A DNA stretch of 64,000 nucleotides from assembly GCA_964187785.1 (NCBI GenBank), contig OZ076410.1, positions 27,528,001 to 27,592,000 on the forward strand, in the 5' to 3' direction. Under the pieces are notes generated by a model. It was not told where the DNA came from. It searched no databases and saw only the letters and a program-made list of their open reading frames with translations. A program made the position numbers and the translations under genes. Below, piece after piece: positions 13,263-27,099 of this stretch; the first letter of the stretch is position 1, and every line of letters begins with the position of its first letter. The DNA comes from Amphiscolops sp. MND2022. Lineage: Eukaryota.

Positions 13263-14372
13263 TTGTACTCACGTCACAAAGGACCTGATTCATTGTCCAT
13301 CGGGTTGACCAAATTACTACATAGCAGGCAATTTAGCAGAAGTTACTGTAAGGAGAAGGCGACATTTGACTTAACCGACCCGAAAGTAATAACAGTGAAG
13401 AAAGGCGGAACAACCCAGGTGTTGTTATTTTCGGACGCCTTGAAGAATTCATCCAACTCCGCAGAATGGAGAGAACACGAGGTGCGATTTGCTAAAACAA
13501 TTGAAACAATAGCACAGACAACTTCGAAGCTCGAGAAACTGAAAGCTAAAGGAAAAGATTACGAACCCAGTATTCACGAATTGGGTAGTCTTTATCAAGA
13601 TTATAGCAATTCCATTCAAGGAATAAAAAACGAATGTGACAGTTGCATTCACCTGCTCAAAGACAAGTATCAGTCAGAGCGTCGCAAAGTCTTGTCTTGT
13701 CAAAGGAGTGGGCTTGAGCAACTTTACAAAGAATGCTCAACAATGTTCAGCAAACTGGAAGGATGTGAAACAGTTCATCCTAATTTGAAGTATAAAGGTC
13801 AGTTTCTACGTTACTGTAAGTTATCAGATCAATTTAACGACGCCCGTGTCAAGATTCAAGATGAAATAGTCAAGACTGATTCATTGATTGCACAGGGCGC
13901 TAGATCAACTAAGGTCAAATCAGCTTTACCAAAGGTTCGAGAGATGAAAGACGAAATGGACAAAGCTCTGAAGGAGCAACGAACTCTGTTGAATCTGCAT
14001 TTTGGCAATCGCGAGTTCTTTGCACCGAAGGAAGCCATTCTAGCTGAAGTCTAGAGAGAACTTCGGAAAGCAACAATTGAATGGATCGGCTATGTAGATC
14101 CAGAGAGCAAGATTACCAACACCGCACCAGAAAACCTTGCAGCAGGGGATGCCACGATAGCCGAAGAACGTTCGGAAACCCACAATCTCTCGACTAATCC
14201 CGAAACAGATCAGGGTAAACGCAAGAAAAGTGCTATCGAGAAAATGGATCAGAGCTTGAAATTACTGAAGAGTTTCAATGACACAATTTCTCGAGACGAG
14301 TCAAGTAAATACGAGGAAGGCTCTACGAAATACGAAGCTCCGGCAGACAAAAGTCAGCAGCTGAAGCAATAA
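13263..14372 (+). pseudogene. N-terminal extension of BEL gag-pol polyprotein (helical/coiled-coil-like), two in-frame stops
   Basis: Same frame as the ORF at 14394, interrupted only by TAG (14052) and TAA (14370); charged, helical composition. Confidence 0.6.
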
Positions 14373-14393
14373 ACCAGTAATTTTCCATCGACG

Positions 14394-16744
14394 ATGAAAA
14401 GTGCTGCCAGTGAGCCTTCGAAGTATCAACATTCGAACACCGGTTCTCGATCTTCACGACTCAGTGAACGTCGGCGACTTGAAAGTCGAGTCAAACTGCT
14501 GGAGCAAGAGTCGCGAATGGCGATTGGGAAAAAAGAAAGAGAATTAGAGCTGAAACGCAAGCAGCGACAACTGGAAATGGAGATGGAATTGAAACTCGAA
14601 GAAATGCAAGCTGAAACAGAGTTGGCCGATTTACGGGATCAGACCTCACTAAAGATGCAGGAAATGAAACTTCAAATTGAGGAAACAGAAGGCTCTTGTC
14701 ATGGGTCGACTGTTAGTCCCAGTCTGATGTCGTTGTCAATTGATGAAGATAGAAACAGCGACATCAAAAGCTGGTTAGAAAAAAACAGCGACGTTATGGA
14801 TATTCAAAAGCAAAATTCGCAGCAGACTGTTGTGACAACTGCAAAAAGAAACACTGTTATCTCAAGCGATCCAGTGGCTCCACGAAATAGAGGACAACAA
14901 CCACTAGAAGTAATTGAACGAAAGGATCCTTCTACCAAGCGCAAAGGCAGAAGGGTAAGTGACCGAGGAGATAGAAGCCAAAGTCGTTCGAAATCAAGAA
15001 CATTCTCACTGAAACGACATCCCAATGCGAACAGTGAAGGGCTCAACAGAGAGTCACGTCTCAACTCATTGCCTACGCAACAAACTGTCCAGCCACAATG
15101 GACAGTTCAAACATCCAGTCTACCAAAACTGAAGATGACTGAATTTGCAGGTGATCCTCTGGAGTGGCCCGAATGGTCCAGTCTATTTAATGCAGTTATC
15201 CACAATGCACCAATTGATGACAATTCGAAAATGAGCCATTTGAAGACGTTGGTGAAAGGCAAGGCCAAAGTCGCTATTGCAGGTCTTGGTTACTCTGGAG
15301 CATTGTATCACACTGCCTGGGACACGTTAGTGCGCAATTTTGGTCGACCTCAAACAGTGGTTAATGCCCAAATGAAACTCATTCACACATATCCTTTCAT
15401 CAAATCTCACGACTCAGCTGCTATTATCAAATACTCCCAACTCATAACCACGTGTGTTAGTGTCCTGAATCAGTACGGCTTTACTGGTGATCTTAGTTCA
15501 GAGTCTGTATTGAACAGCGCTGTAAGAAAACTACCACCAGAGCTGGAAACGAAATTGCTGTTCTATGCAAAAGGGCAGAAATATCAAAGCGCAAACTTCA
15601 GTAAATTTTGTGAGTGGTTGAACGACGTTGCTTTCGTTCATGATGAACTGCTGGTTCAATTCAGACAAAGCAACGACAAGAAGCAGTCCACGTCGGTTGA
15701 CCGAATAAAAACAGCAGGATCATCCATGTCCGCGACTACCAACGAGACTGGGTTGTCTACCTTTAATTCTAATCCAAAAGGGCCAATCAAATGTGTTGTC
15801 TGCGGCAATACCAATGGATTATGGGCTTGTGAGGCTTTCAAGAAACTTACCCCTGTCGACCGGTACAAAAAGGTGAAGGAGAATAAACTGTGCTTTCTAT
15901 GTTTCCGTGGAGGACATGCTGTGAAGGATTGCAAGATGAATGTGGAATTGACGGCTGCAAAAGGCGTCACAACAGATTGTTGCACCGACCCGAAGAGAAC
16001 AAGATCCCCAACACAACGTCAACAGAGACTGTAGAGACCCATGCCAGCGTAAGTTTGAACACTTTTGGCATCTTACCTGTGCACCAAGTGGAACTTTCAA
16101 ACAATGGGAAAAGAGTGAAGGTTCTTGCATCAGTCGATAGTGGATCCAGTCTGTCATGGATAGATAAGTCGTCAGCTGATCAACTGAATTTGCAAGGAGT
16201 CAAACGGGGTCTAACTGTTAGCGGAAGAAATGGTACTGAATGTCACGACAGTGAGCTTGTCAAAGTCACCATTCATTCAATGGACTACGGAAACGAGGAT
16301 ATCCAGATGGCTATTCATCAAAATCTTGTAATCGGCGACAGTTTTTTTGATGTTCGAAGAATGCAGAGTCAGTACCCCCAACTGACCAAAGTTCCTTCAA
16401 ACAATTTCAATTTGAAAGATGTCAAAGTTATCCTTGGAACAGATTGCTTCTCATTAACACGACCCTTAGAATATCAACGTGGTGAGCCTGGTGAGCCCTG
16501 GGCCGTTCGATGTTCTTTGGGGTGGACAGTCAGTGGCCCCTTGCCAAAAAAGATTGTGTCGGCACTGACATCATGTCATAGTTCGGCGTATCAACCTGCA
16601 GATTTCGACTTGAACGAGCAAATCAAGACATGGTGGGACAATGAAAGTTATGGTTCACGAGTGAAAGTGGATGGGCGATCCAGATCAGATGTTAAAGCAC
16701 TCGAAACTTTGGAAAAGACAACGTACTGTGAAAATGACAGGTAA
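14394..16744 (+). pseudogene. BEL gag, zinc knuckles and aspartic protease (frameshift near 15950)
   Basis: LPKLKMTEFAGDPLEWPEWSSLF (DUF1759-like); CFLCFRGGHAVKDC then, in a shifted frame, CGIDGCKRRHNRLLH; protease motif VDSGS. Confidence 0.9.
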
Positions 16745-16816
16745 ACCGTGGGAATGTTGTGAAATTCTCCCCGTTCCAGTCTGCCAAACAATTATCGAAG
16801 TGCTGTTAAGCAGTTC

Positions 16817-19800
16817 TTGTCGCTCGAAAACCGACTAGCCAAGAACCCAGAACTCAAAGCTTCGTACTCTGATACAATCAAGACGGACCAAGATGCGGGT
16901 TATATTCGGATACTTGAACCAGCTGAGCTTCAAAAGTCTAGAAATGATCCCCAGTGGTATTTACCCCATCACCCTGTAAATAACCCGAACAAACCTGGAA
17001 AAGTGAGGCGCGTCTGCAATGCGGCGAGCGAATTCGAGGGACAATCCTTGAACAAAAGTCTCTTCATTGGTCCAGACTTATTGCAGAATCTTGTGGGGAT
17101 AATTTTTCGGTTCCGGGAGAAGCCGTTTGGCATGAGCGCAGACATTGAAGCAATGTTCTTGCAGGTACAAGTCCCTCCAGAAGATGCAAAATGTCTTCGT
17201 TTCGTTTGGCGAGAAAATCAATCAGACGAAATATCCACGTATGAATACACTCGGCATATATTTGGAGCCAAAGACTCGCCAACATGTGCAAATTATGCTT
17301 TACAACGTACAGCTACAGACAATGAGGAAGAATTCCCAGTTGCTTCCAGAATTGTGAAGCGAAATTTCTATATGGACGACTTCTTATATTCCGCCGAAAA
17401 TATCCAGGAAGCTGAATCTTTGAAACGAAACCTCATCTCTTTGCTACAAAAGGGTGGTTTCAAGCTTTCTAAATGGCAATCAAACGTTCACGAATTGTGT
17501 GAGAAGGAGAGTGATGCGGAGAGTGTTACTGCTTTGGGATTAGAATGGAACCTTATCGCAGATGACCTCAAATTGTGCCGTGGATTTGCTGGCAAAGAAC
17601 ATTCAGTTATTACCCACAGAGTAGTTCTATCAGTCGCGTCGTCAATTTTTGACCCATTGGGATTAACATCTCCTTTCACAATCAGAATTCGTCTTATTTT
17701 ACGACTTATTTGGCAGAAGGCTTTGAAATCTTGGGATGAAGAAATTCCGCAAGATGTCGCAAAACAATATCTTGCTTGGTTACAAGAAATTCCAGCCCTG
17801 AAGGAACTCTCAATAAACCGACATCATGGCTGGCAACGTGGCATTAATGTACAATTACATGTGTTTGCCGATGCATCAGAAATGGGACTTTGTGTTGTCG
17901 CTTACTTGAGGTTTGAGAAAGATGACAACGTTAAAGTTTCTTTCGTAATGGGAAAAACAAGAGTGGCTCCTATCAAAACTACTACAATTCCAAAACTGGA
18001 ACTCCAGGCAGCTCTTCATGCGTCACGGATAAAAGTATCCATCATTGAAGAACACGATTTCACCATAGATCAAATTTTCATGTGGAGCGATTCTTCAACT
18101 GTGATACAATGGCTGAATGCATTTGAAAAGAAGCAACAAATTTTTGTTGCGAACCGTATTGGAGAGATCTTGGAAAACACTAAGTTGGGTGAATGGAATC
18201 ACATCCCCGGGGCGCAAAATTCAGCAGATCTTGGCACACGAGGGATGAGAGCCAATGAAATTGCGTCGAGTGTGTGGCTAAACGGGCCGGCGTGGCTGAG
18301 TGAGAGCGAAGCCCACTGGCCAAAAGCTATTGCTGCGTGCACTACCGTCGAAGACACTTCAGAAACCTCTCAAGTAGTTACTTTATTGCCGAACAACCCA
18401 CTTGAGATACAATGGGAACGATTTAGCTCTTGGACTAAATTAATTCACACAATTTGCGACATATTGCGCTGGAGACGATTCAATCAAAATAGAGGAGTGA
18501 TTTCATTGGACGAATATCACAACGCAGAACAAATCATATTCAAATTGGTTCAAAAGGAAGCCTTCACGACTGAATATGAAACCCTAATCAACAAAAAAGA
18601 GCTATCATCGAAATCAAACATTGAACAATTTTGCCCGTTTATCGACAATCAGGGTATTATGAGAGCACGTGGGCGTTTATCAAAAGCTGATTTCGAATTC
18701 GATACTAAACACCCAATCCTTCTACCATCCAAACATCCTGCAACGGGACTCATGATGCTGAAATGTCATTTGGACAATTACCGTCAAGGCGTGGAAAGTA
18801 TGCGACATGAATTGCAACAGAAATTCTGGATTCTGGGCCTCAGAAACGCCTTGCGGAACATCAAAAGTCGCTGCGTTCCATGTAGGAAAACAGTGCCGTT
18901 GTCCAAGCTCCAATTATGGCTGACCTACCAAGAGAAAGGGTGGAGAAAGTTGATTTCCCTTTCACTTATGTTGGAGTCGATTATTTTGGGCCAATCGAGG
19001 TGAAATACATGAGAAAAACACTCAAAAGATGGGTTTGTGTTTTTACCTGCCTATCTACAAGGGCCATACACCTTGAAATGGTGTATGCGCTAGATACTGA
19101 CTCTTGCCTGAGTGCTGTTATACGATTCATTGCCAGAATAGGTCACCCATTGACAATTTGGAGCGATAATGGTACAAACTTCGTTGGTGCGAACAACGAG
19201 CTGAAGCAGTTTGCATCAATGTGCCAAAATAACTATTTCCAGGAAAAACCTCGTCAAAAGAAGATAGTTTGGAAATTCAACCCTGCTGCAGCGCCACATT
19301 TCGGAGGTTCTTGGGAGAGAATGGTGAAGACATGCAAACAGGCCATATACCACGTTCTGAATGGTCAGAGGCTCACTGACGAGCTTTTAGCTACGATTCT
19401 TTGTCTCACTGAGCAACTGCTAAATTCTCGCCCACTCACGCCTAACTCTAATGATCCTTCCGACATGGAGGCTTTGACACCTCATCATTTTCTATTGGGC
19501 CGGCCGAGTATTGCTATTCCATATTTGCCAGATGCGCAAAAGTACCAAAATCACAGGAAAATGTTCCGGGTGGCTCAGGCTCACATGGACAAGATTTGGG
19601 CAAGATGGTTGAAAGAGTACCTTCCGGTGCACAATATTCGCCAGAAATGGTACAAGGAACGTCCTCAATTGAAAGAAAACGACCTGGTGTGGATTATCGA
19701 CCATCGTGAAAAACGGGGTTTTTATCGGCTTGGAAGAGTGAAAAAGTGTCATTTTGGGAATGATGGCAATATTCGATCTTGTGACATTCTAACCCAATCA

Positions 19801-19902
19801 GGAGTTGTTTCTCGACCTGCAGTCAAGTTGTCCCGTGTATTGGACGACATTGGGTGTGTTCCTCCCCAAGAGAAACACAGGGCCGGCGATGAAAAGGCCT
19901 GA
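16817..19902 (+). pseudogene. BEL reverse transcriptase, RNase H and integrase (frameshift near 18900)
   Basis: WYLPHHPV, GPDLL, ADIEAMFLQV, FYMDD (RT); HVFADASE, TIPKLELQA, WSDS (RNase H/Pao peptidase); GVDYFGP, SDNGTNF, GGSWERMV (integrase). Confidence 0.93.
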
Positions 19903-20568
19903 AAATCAGTACAGAAAAAGGACATCAAATTGGGTGACTTTGCAGAGCCATAACTCTGACCCCAATGGAAGAATCATTTCCAAAATAGCGGTGAACCCAA
20001 TTATTTGAGCCAAACTACCGATTTAGCACAAAAAACTGGAAATCAAAGCAACTTTTTTTCAGAAAAAGTTTTTATTGGGGGTTTTTGGACTTTTCGATCA
20101 ATATATCACTTTTATGGTAAATAATGCCCTCCATTTCCTGTTTAACCCACTTTAGCACTCATATTTGTTTGTGATCGTGTTGTGAGAACATATTTGAGTC
20201 TTTGTAGCCAATATTAGCCTACTTAGATAGGCAGAAAGTGCCCAAGATAGTGTATTTACTGACCACGGAAGTGTAGTTACTTGTTGAATATCAGCGGATA
20301 TACTCTCATAATTTCATATTTACGCATAAATATTTACTTCTATATTGTTTACTCTATTAGTCGATGTACCTGAGATGTTGTATAACCATATTGGAACGGA
20401 AAATTGACTTCTTGAAAGCAAGTTGTGGCTGTTTTAGAAGTTGAAATATTCAGTTTTCATCACGGATTCGTAAAGTTTTCGGGAACTTTACAAATTTTTG
20501 CAAGTAAATTTTATCCCAGGGACAGGCCGACGGTTCGAACGCATTAGCTACTAGAATCAGCCTTTACA
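19890..20568 (+). repeat. BEL element 3' LTR
   Basis: Direct repeat of 12436-13114, followed by TSD TTCCC. Confidence 0.95.
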
Positions 20569-20697
20569 TTCCCCCTTTTACAATATTCGGCACTTTGAGA
20601 CGTTTCCAAAATCAGATATTTTGTCTGATATTAGGTTTTATATATCTCTCTCTCACATAAATCCACCCATAAGATTTTTCATGAGTCGTAATATTTT

Positions 20698-21066
20698 TGT
20701 CATGATTCTCATCATGGATCTACATCAAAATTTCGATCAACGGACCTACATAAAGAAGATGTGGACGAATCACAATACTCGACCAATCAGAGAAGGCCAG
20801 CAAACGATAAGAAATGCATTCTCAGAAGAATGATACACAGAAGAGAACGAAGGCAATAAACTACTGGCTGAGTACTAATGCTCTTATAAGTCTACTCTTA
20901 ATTCTTCCTATTAACCGCTTGAAAACACTTGAGATTTTATAACAACTTGTAATAGTTCTTTGCTCTCTTTCTTTCCAATTTGGAGAAACTTGGTTGAGAC
21001 CTAAGAATGCATCTCAGAAACTGAAAAAAGAATGAGGCTAACTGCTCGCCAACCAAGGTCACCACA
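20698..21066 (+). repeat. 5' LTR of env-bearing Gypsy element
   Basis: Aligns by eye with 29734-30118 at roughly 85% identity. Confidence 0.85.
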
Positions 21067-21199
21067 TGGCGACAGGAGTCTATTTCTCTCCAATGCAGAA
21101 CAACCCATTCACCGGTGAATTAAATTTATTGGCACTCATCAATTTCACCTCTCCCTTCTGAAATAACAATGACAAAATTGAATCACATGCAATATCTGT

Positions 21200-24100
21200 T
21201 AAACTATCAGTTAGAATAAAATCCTTCAAAACTTCAATTCTTCCTCGCAAAGCAATGAAACTTGAACATCATAAACTTTTGACTTCCTAATAGCCGCGAT
21301 ACAACCATTTGTTACTCTACAGCATTTCAAAGTCACAGAAGCTGAAAGCATCGAAGAATTCTTCAGAGAGTTGGCTAGCTGCATGCTAGTCGCAGGTATT
21401 CCGGACGCAAATCGACATACCTACCAACTTTTACGTTTGAGAGGCGGTGCACTAGGTTTTTTGATCAGCTTCCTCAAACAACTCGCGACGACTACGACAA
21501 TGCCATTGCAGCTTTGCGTGAGCGCTATAAATTGTACAACGTATTCAGCTTCAAGCACAAAAGCTTCAAATTAAAATTCCAAGCACGAAAGTTACAACAC
21601 TCTGAAAAAAGTGTTCAAGACTTCCTAACAGAACTCCAGAGACTGGCACTCGAAGCCTACCCTGACAAACAAGCCAGAGCTGCCGCTGGTGGACGCCCTG
21701 CAGTAGTAGCAGATAACCGTGCGAATGAAAGAACACGAAGAGTGAAAGAAAACTTCATCAATGGAATGCCAATAAAGTTAGGACGCTTTGTTCTCATCCA
21801 TCAAAAAGACTCTACGGTGGACGAACGGTGTGCGAAAGCAGCAAGCTGTATGACCGTAGACAGGCTTTACCCGGAAGAAGATGACAGCGCTTTTAAATAG
21901 CTTAGAGGCACATCCTCGAAAGATGTTTTCGCAGGCATCGAACAACTTGCGAAAACTCAAACCAAATTCAATGAAGATACAACGAAAATCACAGATGAAC
22001 TTCAGGAAATGAGCAAGAACCTCAACTCAACCTCCTTGAATGAGATTTTTTCAGACAACCAAAACAACACGATTCAAAACACGTCCAATAACAGAGGTAA
22101 CTATAGAGGACTCTATAGAGGTAACTACAGATGAAATAACCGTGGAAACTACCGTGGTAAGTTTCAAGGGAAATACAAAGGCAATAATCCCCGATAATAA
22201 TCAAAACAAAAGACAAAACTGGCGTGTTGGACGAGGCCCTTGGAACAGTGAATATCGACTCCAATAGTAACATTTGTAACAAATTTTGACACCCACCGGC
22301 TGGTTTCGAGAACAATATCGTGGACCACCTGCGTTGCCTTATCAACAGGTGAATGCGCACAAGCATCAACTCCCGCCACAGGTCAACTACATATACACGA
22401 CACCACTACTGCTCCCACAACAACAATGACCCACAGCTAATGACGCCAACTACTACTATACGGCAGACAACTTCACAAGCCAACAAAAAGACTAGGTGAG
22501 CTACACAAAAACCCTTCTTCTTCTTCTTCTTCTTCTTCTTCTTCTTCTTCTCTTGATATTAACTCTATTTACAAAGACTCGCACCTCACTCTTTTCCATA
22601 CCCTTTAAATTTCTTAGTTAAAGCTCTCATAGACACTGGTGCTTTCTCTAATGCTATGCCCCTTCATATTTCTGAAAAACTCGAAGCGAATTGTCCTCAT
22701 CTTATAACTAGCTAACCCTACTACTACTACTTTTGTAAGAGTGGATAGTGGTGCTGCAAAAAAGGCAGTTAACAGCTACCTTTAAAATTGTTAACGAATC
22801 CTTTTCTGAAACATTTCTCATCTTACGCTCTTTGAATCAAACCATTTTGAGACTACCGTTCTTCGGAACGAATGACATTGTCATTCACCCAAGAACCAAT
22901 AACTTGAAACTACCACATTGCCATTCATATTACTAACAAAACGAATCCATAAGGGTGGTGAAATAGTGCTCTAACTCCAAAGAAAAACCTGTTTCTGAAA
23001 ACACACCAAGCTTGTACTATCAAACTCAGTTCTACTGAAACTATCTCTTGTTCCTTACTCCACGTCACATTTCCAGACGGTACCGTAGCCATGGTAGAAG
23101 CAAGTCCCAAATTTGAAAAAAAAGAAACGGGACTATGCATCACTCGCGTTTTTGTGAAATTGGACAAGGATAACAAAGTTTCTCTTAGAGTCATTAATGT
23201 CTTGCCCCATAAAGTGACTATTCCTAAAAAAATGTCAAATGTGCGTTTTACCATTCTCACTGCAAAACAAGCGGGTGACTCACAACCAGTAAATCCAGCA
23301 GTCCTAACAAATTATTTTGATGATATTATCAACTCGTTAATCTCTGATTTCATCATACCCCCATACACGTCTTCTGATCGATGTTGGTTTCCGACACCAG
23401 AAAACTACTTGAATCCGGAAAAGCGGAAAGGATTCATAAACGCATTTATGAAAAAATAGTCAAACTCAAAAAACAAGAAAAAATGAATCTAATTACAAGT
23501 CGTGAAGACCGAAAAAATTCTAAGGACAGTTTCGGTGGGCAAATTCGGTATTCGACCCTACTCAGAAGCAACAGGTAGAAAATTTATTACTCCGCTATCA
23601 CCATATCATTGCCCGACACCGTCTACATATTGGTGCGAGCCATGAATTCAAAGTGAACTTAACACCTGAAAATGACAAGCCCATGTATACGCAAGGACCC
23701 CCAACACCAATTCATTTGCGAGATGAAATTTTAGTTGAACTTGCACTTCTTCAGTACTGGGGTGTCATTACAACCTTGCGGTATTCAAAATTCTCTAGTC
23801 CGAATTTGCGGTACGCAAACCCTGAGGCAAATTACGTCTTCTTGCGGATTTGAGACGTAGACACTACTTTATTTGTCACGACTATGACAACCACATTTTT
23901 CCCATCGCTGCTCTTGCTGATGTTGATACATACTTAGCAGAGAAAAAGTTTTTTGCAAAATTGGACTGTAGTCAAGTCTATCATTCAGTACAGCTCCTCT
24001 CTTTCAATTTTTTTCTTGCATATTTACGCTTTGCACAAGGTCTAAGTCCATCTGCCGGTGCCTTTAGTTCATTTGTGCGCAAGTATCTGTATCAGTGCAT

Positions 24101-26650
24101 TGTTGCAGATCAGTGTTTCCAGTTTGTTGATGATCTGGGAACAGCTGCTTTTACTTTCAAACTTTTTTGGGAAAACCTAACTGCTATCTTTCAGACTATA
24201 GAAAAAAACTGGTCCTAAATTCCTTCCATCAAAGTGTGAATTTGGTCTCAGAGAAATGACGTTTTTGGGTATTACTATTTCTAGTGAAGCCATGTCTCCT
24301 AATAAAACGAAACGGTCAGAATTTCTATCGACGTTGAAAACTCCGAAAACTTTCAAACAGATACGCCGTTTTATTGGTTTTGTCAAGTACTTCCAATCCT
24401 TCAGTCCAGAAATGGTTGAGAAATTACTCCCGTTCTATCGCCTATTGCGGTCTGAAAATGAACTTACACTGACAAAGGAACGTCTTGAATGTATAGATAA
24501 ATTGAGGAAAGACTTGGAACAAGCTTGCAACTTGTCGCTTAGACATCCGGAAGCGAATGAACAATACGTCATCCTCACGGATGCTAGCTTTTTTGCCGCT
24601 GGTTATGTGCTAATGATAGAGGACTACCTCACTGACCAGTCAGGTAAAACCTTTAAAACGTATGTTCCAGACTCATTTGGATCTAAAGTCTTCACTCCGA
24701 CTAACTAAGCCTGTCAATTCACGCAGAAGAATTTCTAGCTTTCTATTTTGCGTTTGACACGTTTGCTCATATCCTTTGGGTAAGTAAGAAACATGTTCTA
24801 GTGCTAACTGATAATAAAAGCATTACCAGTTTTTGTCAAGCCTGAACAATTCCTCTCAGCTTTTGTTTTTTGTGTCGATCGTGTCCTTGGTTTCAACTTT
24901 GTACTAGGACACTTTCCTGAAAAAGCGAATGCCACCGCGGACTATCTGTCTCCCGTTTATATTATTCCTCACACTAAAGTTCAAATTCGCTTCATTTCAA
25001 AACTACCCGTCCAAGAAGTTACACTTATTATCGGTATGCAGGTACGAGACAATTCCTTTAATAGTGTACGTTTTGACTGTGAGATTTTTATGACTCCAGA
25101 TGACTTACGAAATAGTTTTTCCGGAATAAATGCTTTACATGAACCCAACCCAATTGATTCTTTTGACCTCACAGACAAACAAAACCCTGTTAACCTCCGG
25201 AAAGAACAACAGAAAGATCAGAACATTGTAATGGTTTTACGGTGGTTAGAAACAAGACCACCATCTCCATCGTCTTATCAAAACTCGGAACTCATGAAAC
25301 ACCTCAAACTTTTTGACCGTCGTGAAAATAATAATGGTTTTTTATACAGTAAATGTTACGATTACAGGGGCCACAATGTTATACGGCAGTATATCGTTCC
25401 CACGCACATGAGAAAAGAAGTTCTTTATCGCGTTCATGATAAAAAATATGCTGGACATTGTGGAATTGCCAAAACTGCTACCCTTTTTTGTCAGTATTTC
25501 TACTTTCCTAACTTTGTTGAGTTCTTAACTGACTACATCAAAAATTGCTCGTCTCTTCTCCAAGTCAAACATATCAAAGATGCAACCCTTAAACCACGAT
25601 TCCTTTCATTAGCTACTAACCAGTATTTTCCTGGTGACTTTTTGCAATTCGATCTTGTTGTTAAACTCCCGGACTCCGCTGGCTTTAGCTTTATATTGAC
25701 TACCAAGGACGTATTCTCTCAATACCTGTTCACCGTCCGCTGGGTAATGCCAGTGCGTCAAATGTAGCTAAGCAAATACTACAGATTTTTCTCAGAACGT
25801 CCTATAGTCCTGAGATAACTTTTTCTGATCTGGGTACTCTTTTTACGGTACTTACGAAAAAAATTTGTCGTTTACTAGAAGTTAACTTTGAATACGCCAC
25901 AGTCAAGCATCCACAAACTATCGGATCATTAGAGCGCACTCACGCGTTTCTCGAAGAATATCTTGGGATTTATGAAAATAAACTCAAACAATATTGACAC
26001 AACTATGCTGACTGAGCTGTTTTTGTACATCATATCATGCCTCCATAGGATGCACGCCGACATTATATGTTTCGAGGTATTCAGCCAACAACACCGCTCC
26101 GAACTTCGTTTCACTGACAAAACAATACAAAATCTAATGCAGAAATCTAACATACAGAAACACGCTATAGTTTCACAAGAGGTTTACATGAAAAAATGAA
26201 TGGGGTCTTCTCTGCGGCACGCGACGCCCGTGTTTCAGGTACAATATGTATCGTCACTTTTATGACAGAAAAGCTTTCGCGTTGCCTTTGAAGAAACATC
26301 AAAACTGCTTATTGTTGAACCCAAAAGTGACAACTGATTGATCCAATGAGAAAGTCCCTCACTGCATGGTTTCCTTTTTACCGGGTAAAAACCGCTCTGA
26401 CTAATCCTAACTGTATTATTAGGAAGGCACTAATAATACTCAATGCGTTTATCCCCTGCGTCTTCGACCGATAACAGAACAATACGAGCTTGCGGACTTT
26501 CCCACAATCCATTCTTTGGGTTGCGTGGTGATGACCGTCAGCCCCACTACCTGATCTTCCCGCATTCTGGCACTTCTTCCATATTTGTCGACTCGAGGTC
26601 TTTTTTTTGATAATAATGAAGTATATACATTGCTATTTACATGACTATAA
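21200..26650 (+). pseudogene. Fragmented gag-pol of env-bearing Gypsy element
   Basis: Gag fragment KSVQDFLTELQRLALEAYP (21514-21900); protease ALIDTGA (~22623); RT KFFAKLDCSQ and FVDDLG (23850-24218); RNase H ILTDASFFAAGYVL (24256-24708); integrase HDKKYAGHCG, GDFLQFDLV (25036-25767). Many stops and frameshifts; boundaries approximate. Confidence 0.88.
22514..22550 (+). repeat. (CTT)12 microsatellite at the gag/pol junction
   Basis: Directly visible trinucleotide run. Confidence 0.95.
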
Positions 26651-27099
26651 TACAAATTGTTAGGACGACTCCCACTGTTACTACTCATCCAAATGGATCT
26701 TGCTCCGTGCGTGTGCTCACTACAGGCCACAGTTGAGGGCACGTCGGATCTCGCTCCCTTTTGAAAGACAGGAGTTGACCACTCCACCTCACATAAGTCC
26801 CTTTAGGACAACAAAACAACATACACTCGCCGACTGAGACTTGCTCACACATTTTTTTCACACAAAGACTCTGAAAGACTCGATAAAACATTGGACTTGA
26901 CTCACTTTAGATTAGCTCTTCAGTTTAGATGTAGAATACAACAATTAGATAATCGCTCAAATAAAGTTAACCTGACTGTACGCAAATGAGACAACAAAAA
27001 GCTTTTGTCTTTGTTTGAATTTACGTTTATATTCCGACTTGTTTATAGAAATTCTGTCAATCTTTCCACATCCTGTGTACTTTTTTGAAGTTTCGATCG

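Larger units (their letters stand above)
12436..20568 (+). mobile_element. BEL/Pao LTR retrotransposon, full length, ORF disrupted
   Basis: Two 679-bp TG...CA LTRs, TSD TTCCC (12431-12435 / 20569-20573), PBS after the 5' LTR. Domain order gag(DUF1759-like)-zinc knuckles-protease-RT-RNaseH-integrase with Pao-type motifs. Confidence 0.95.
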
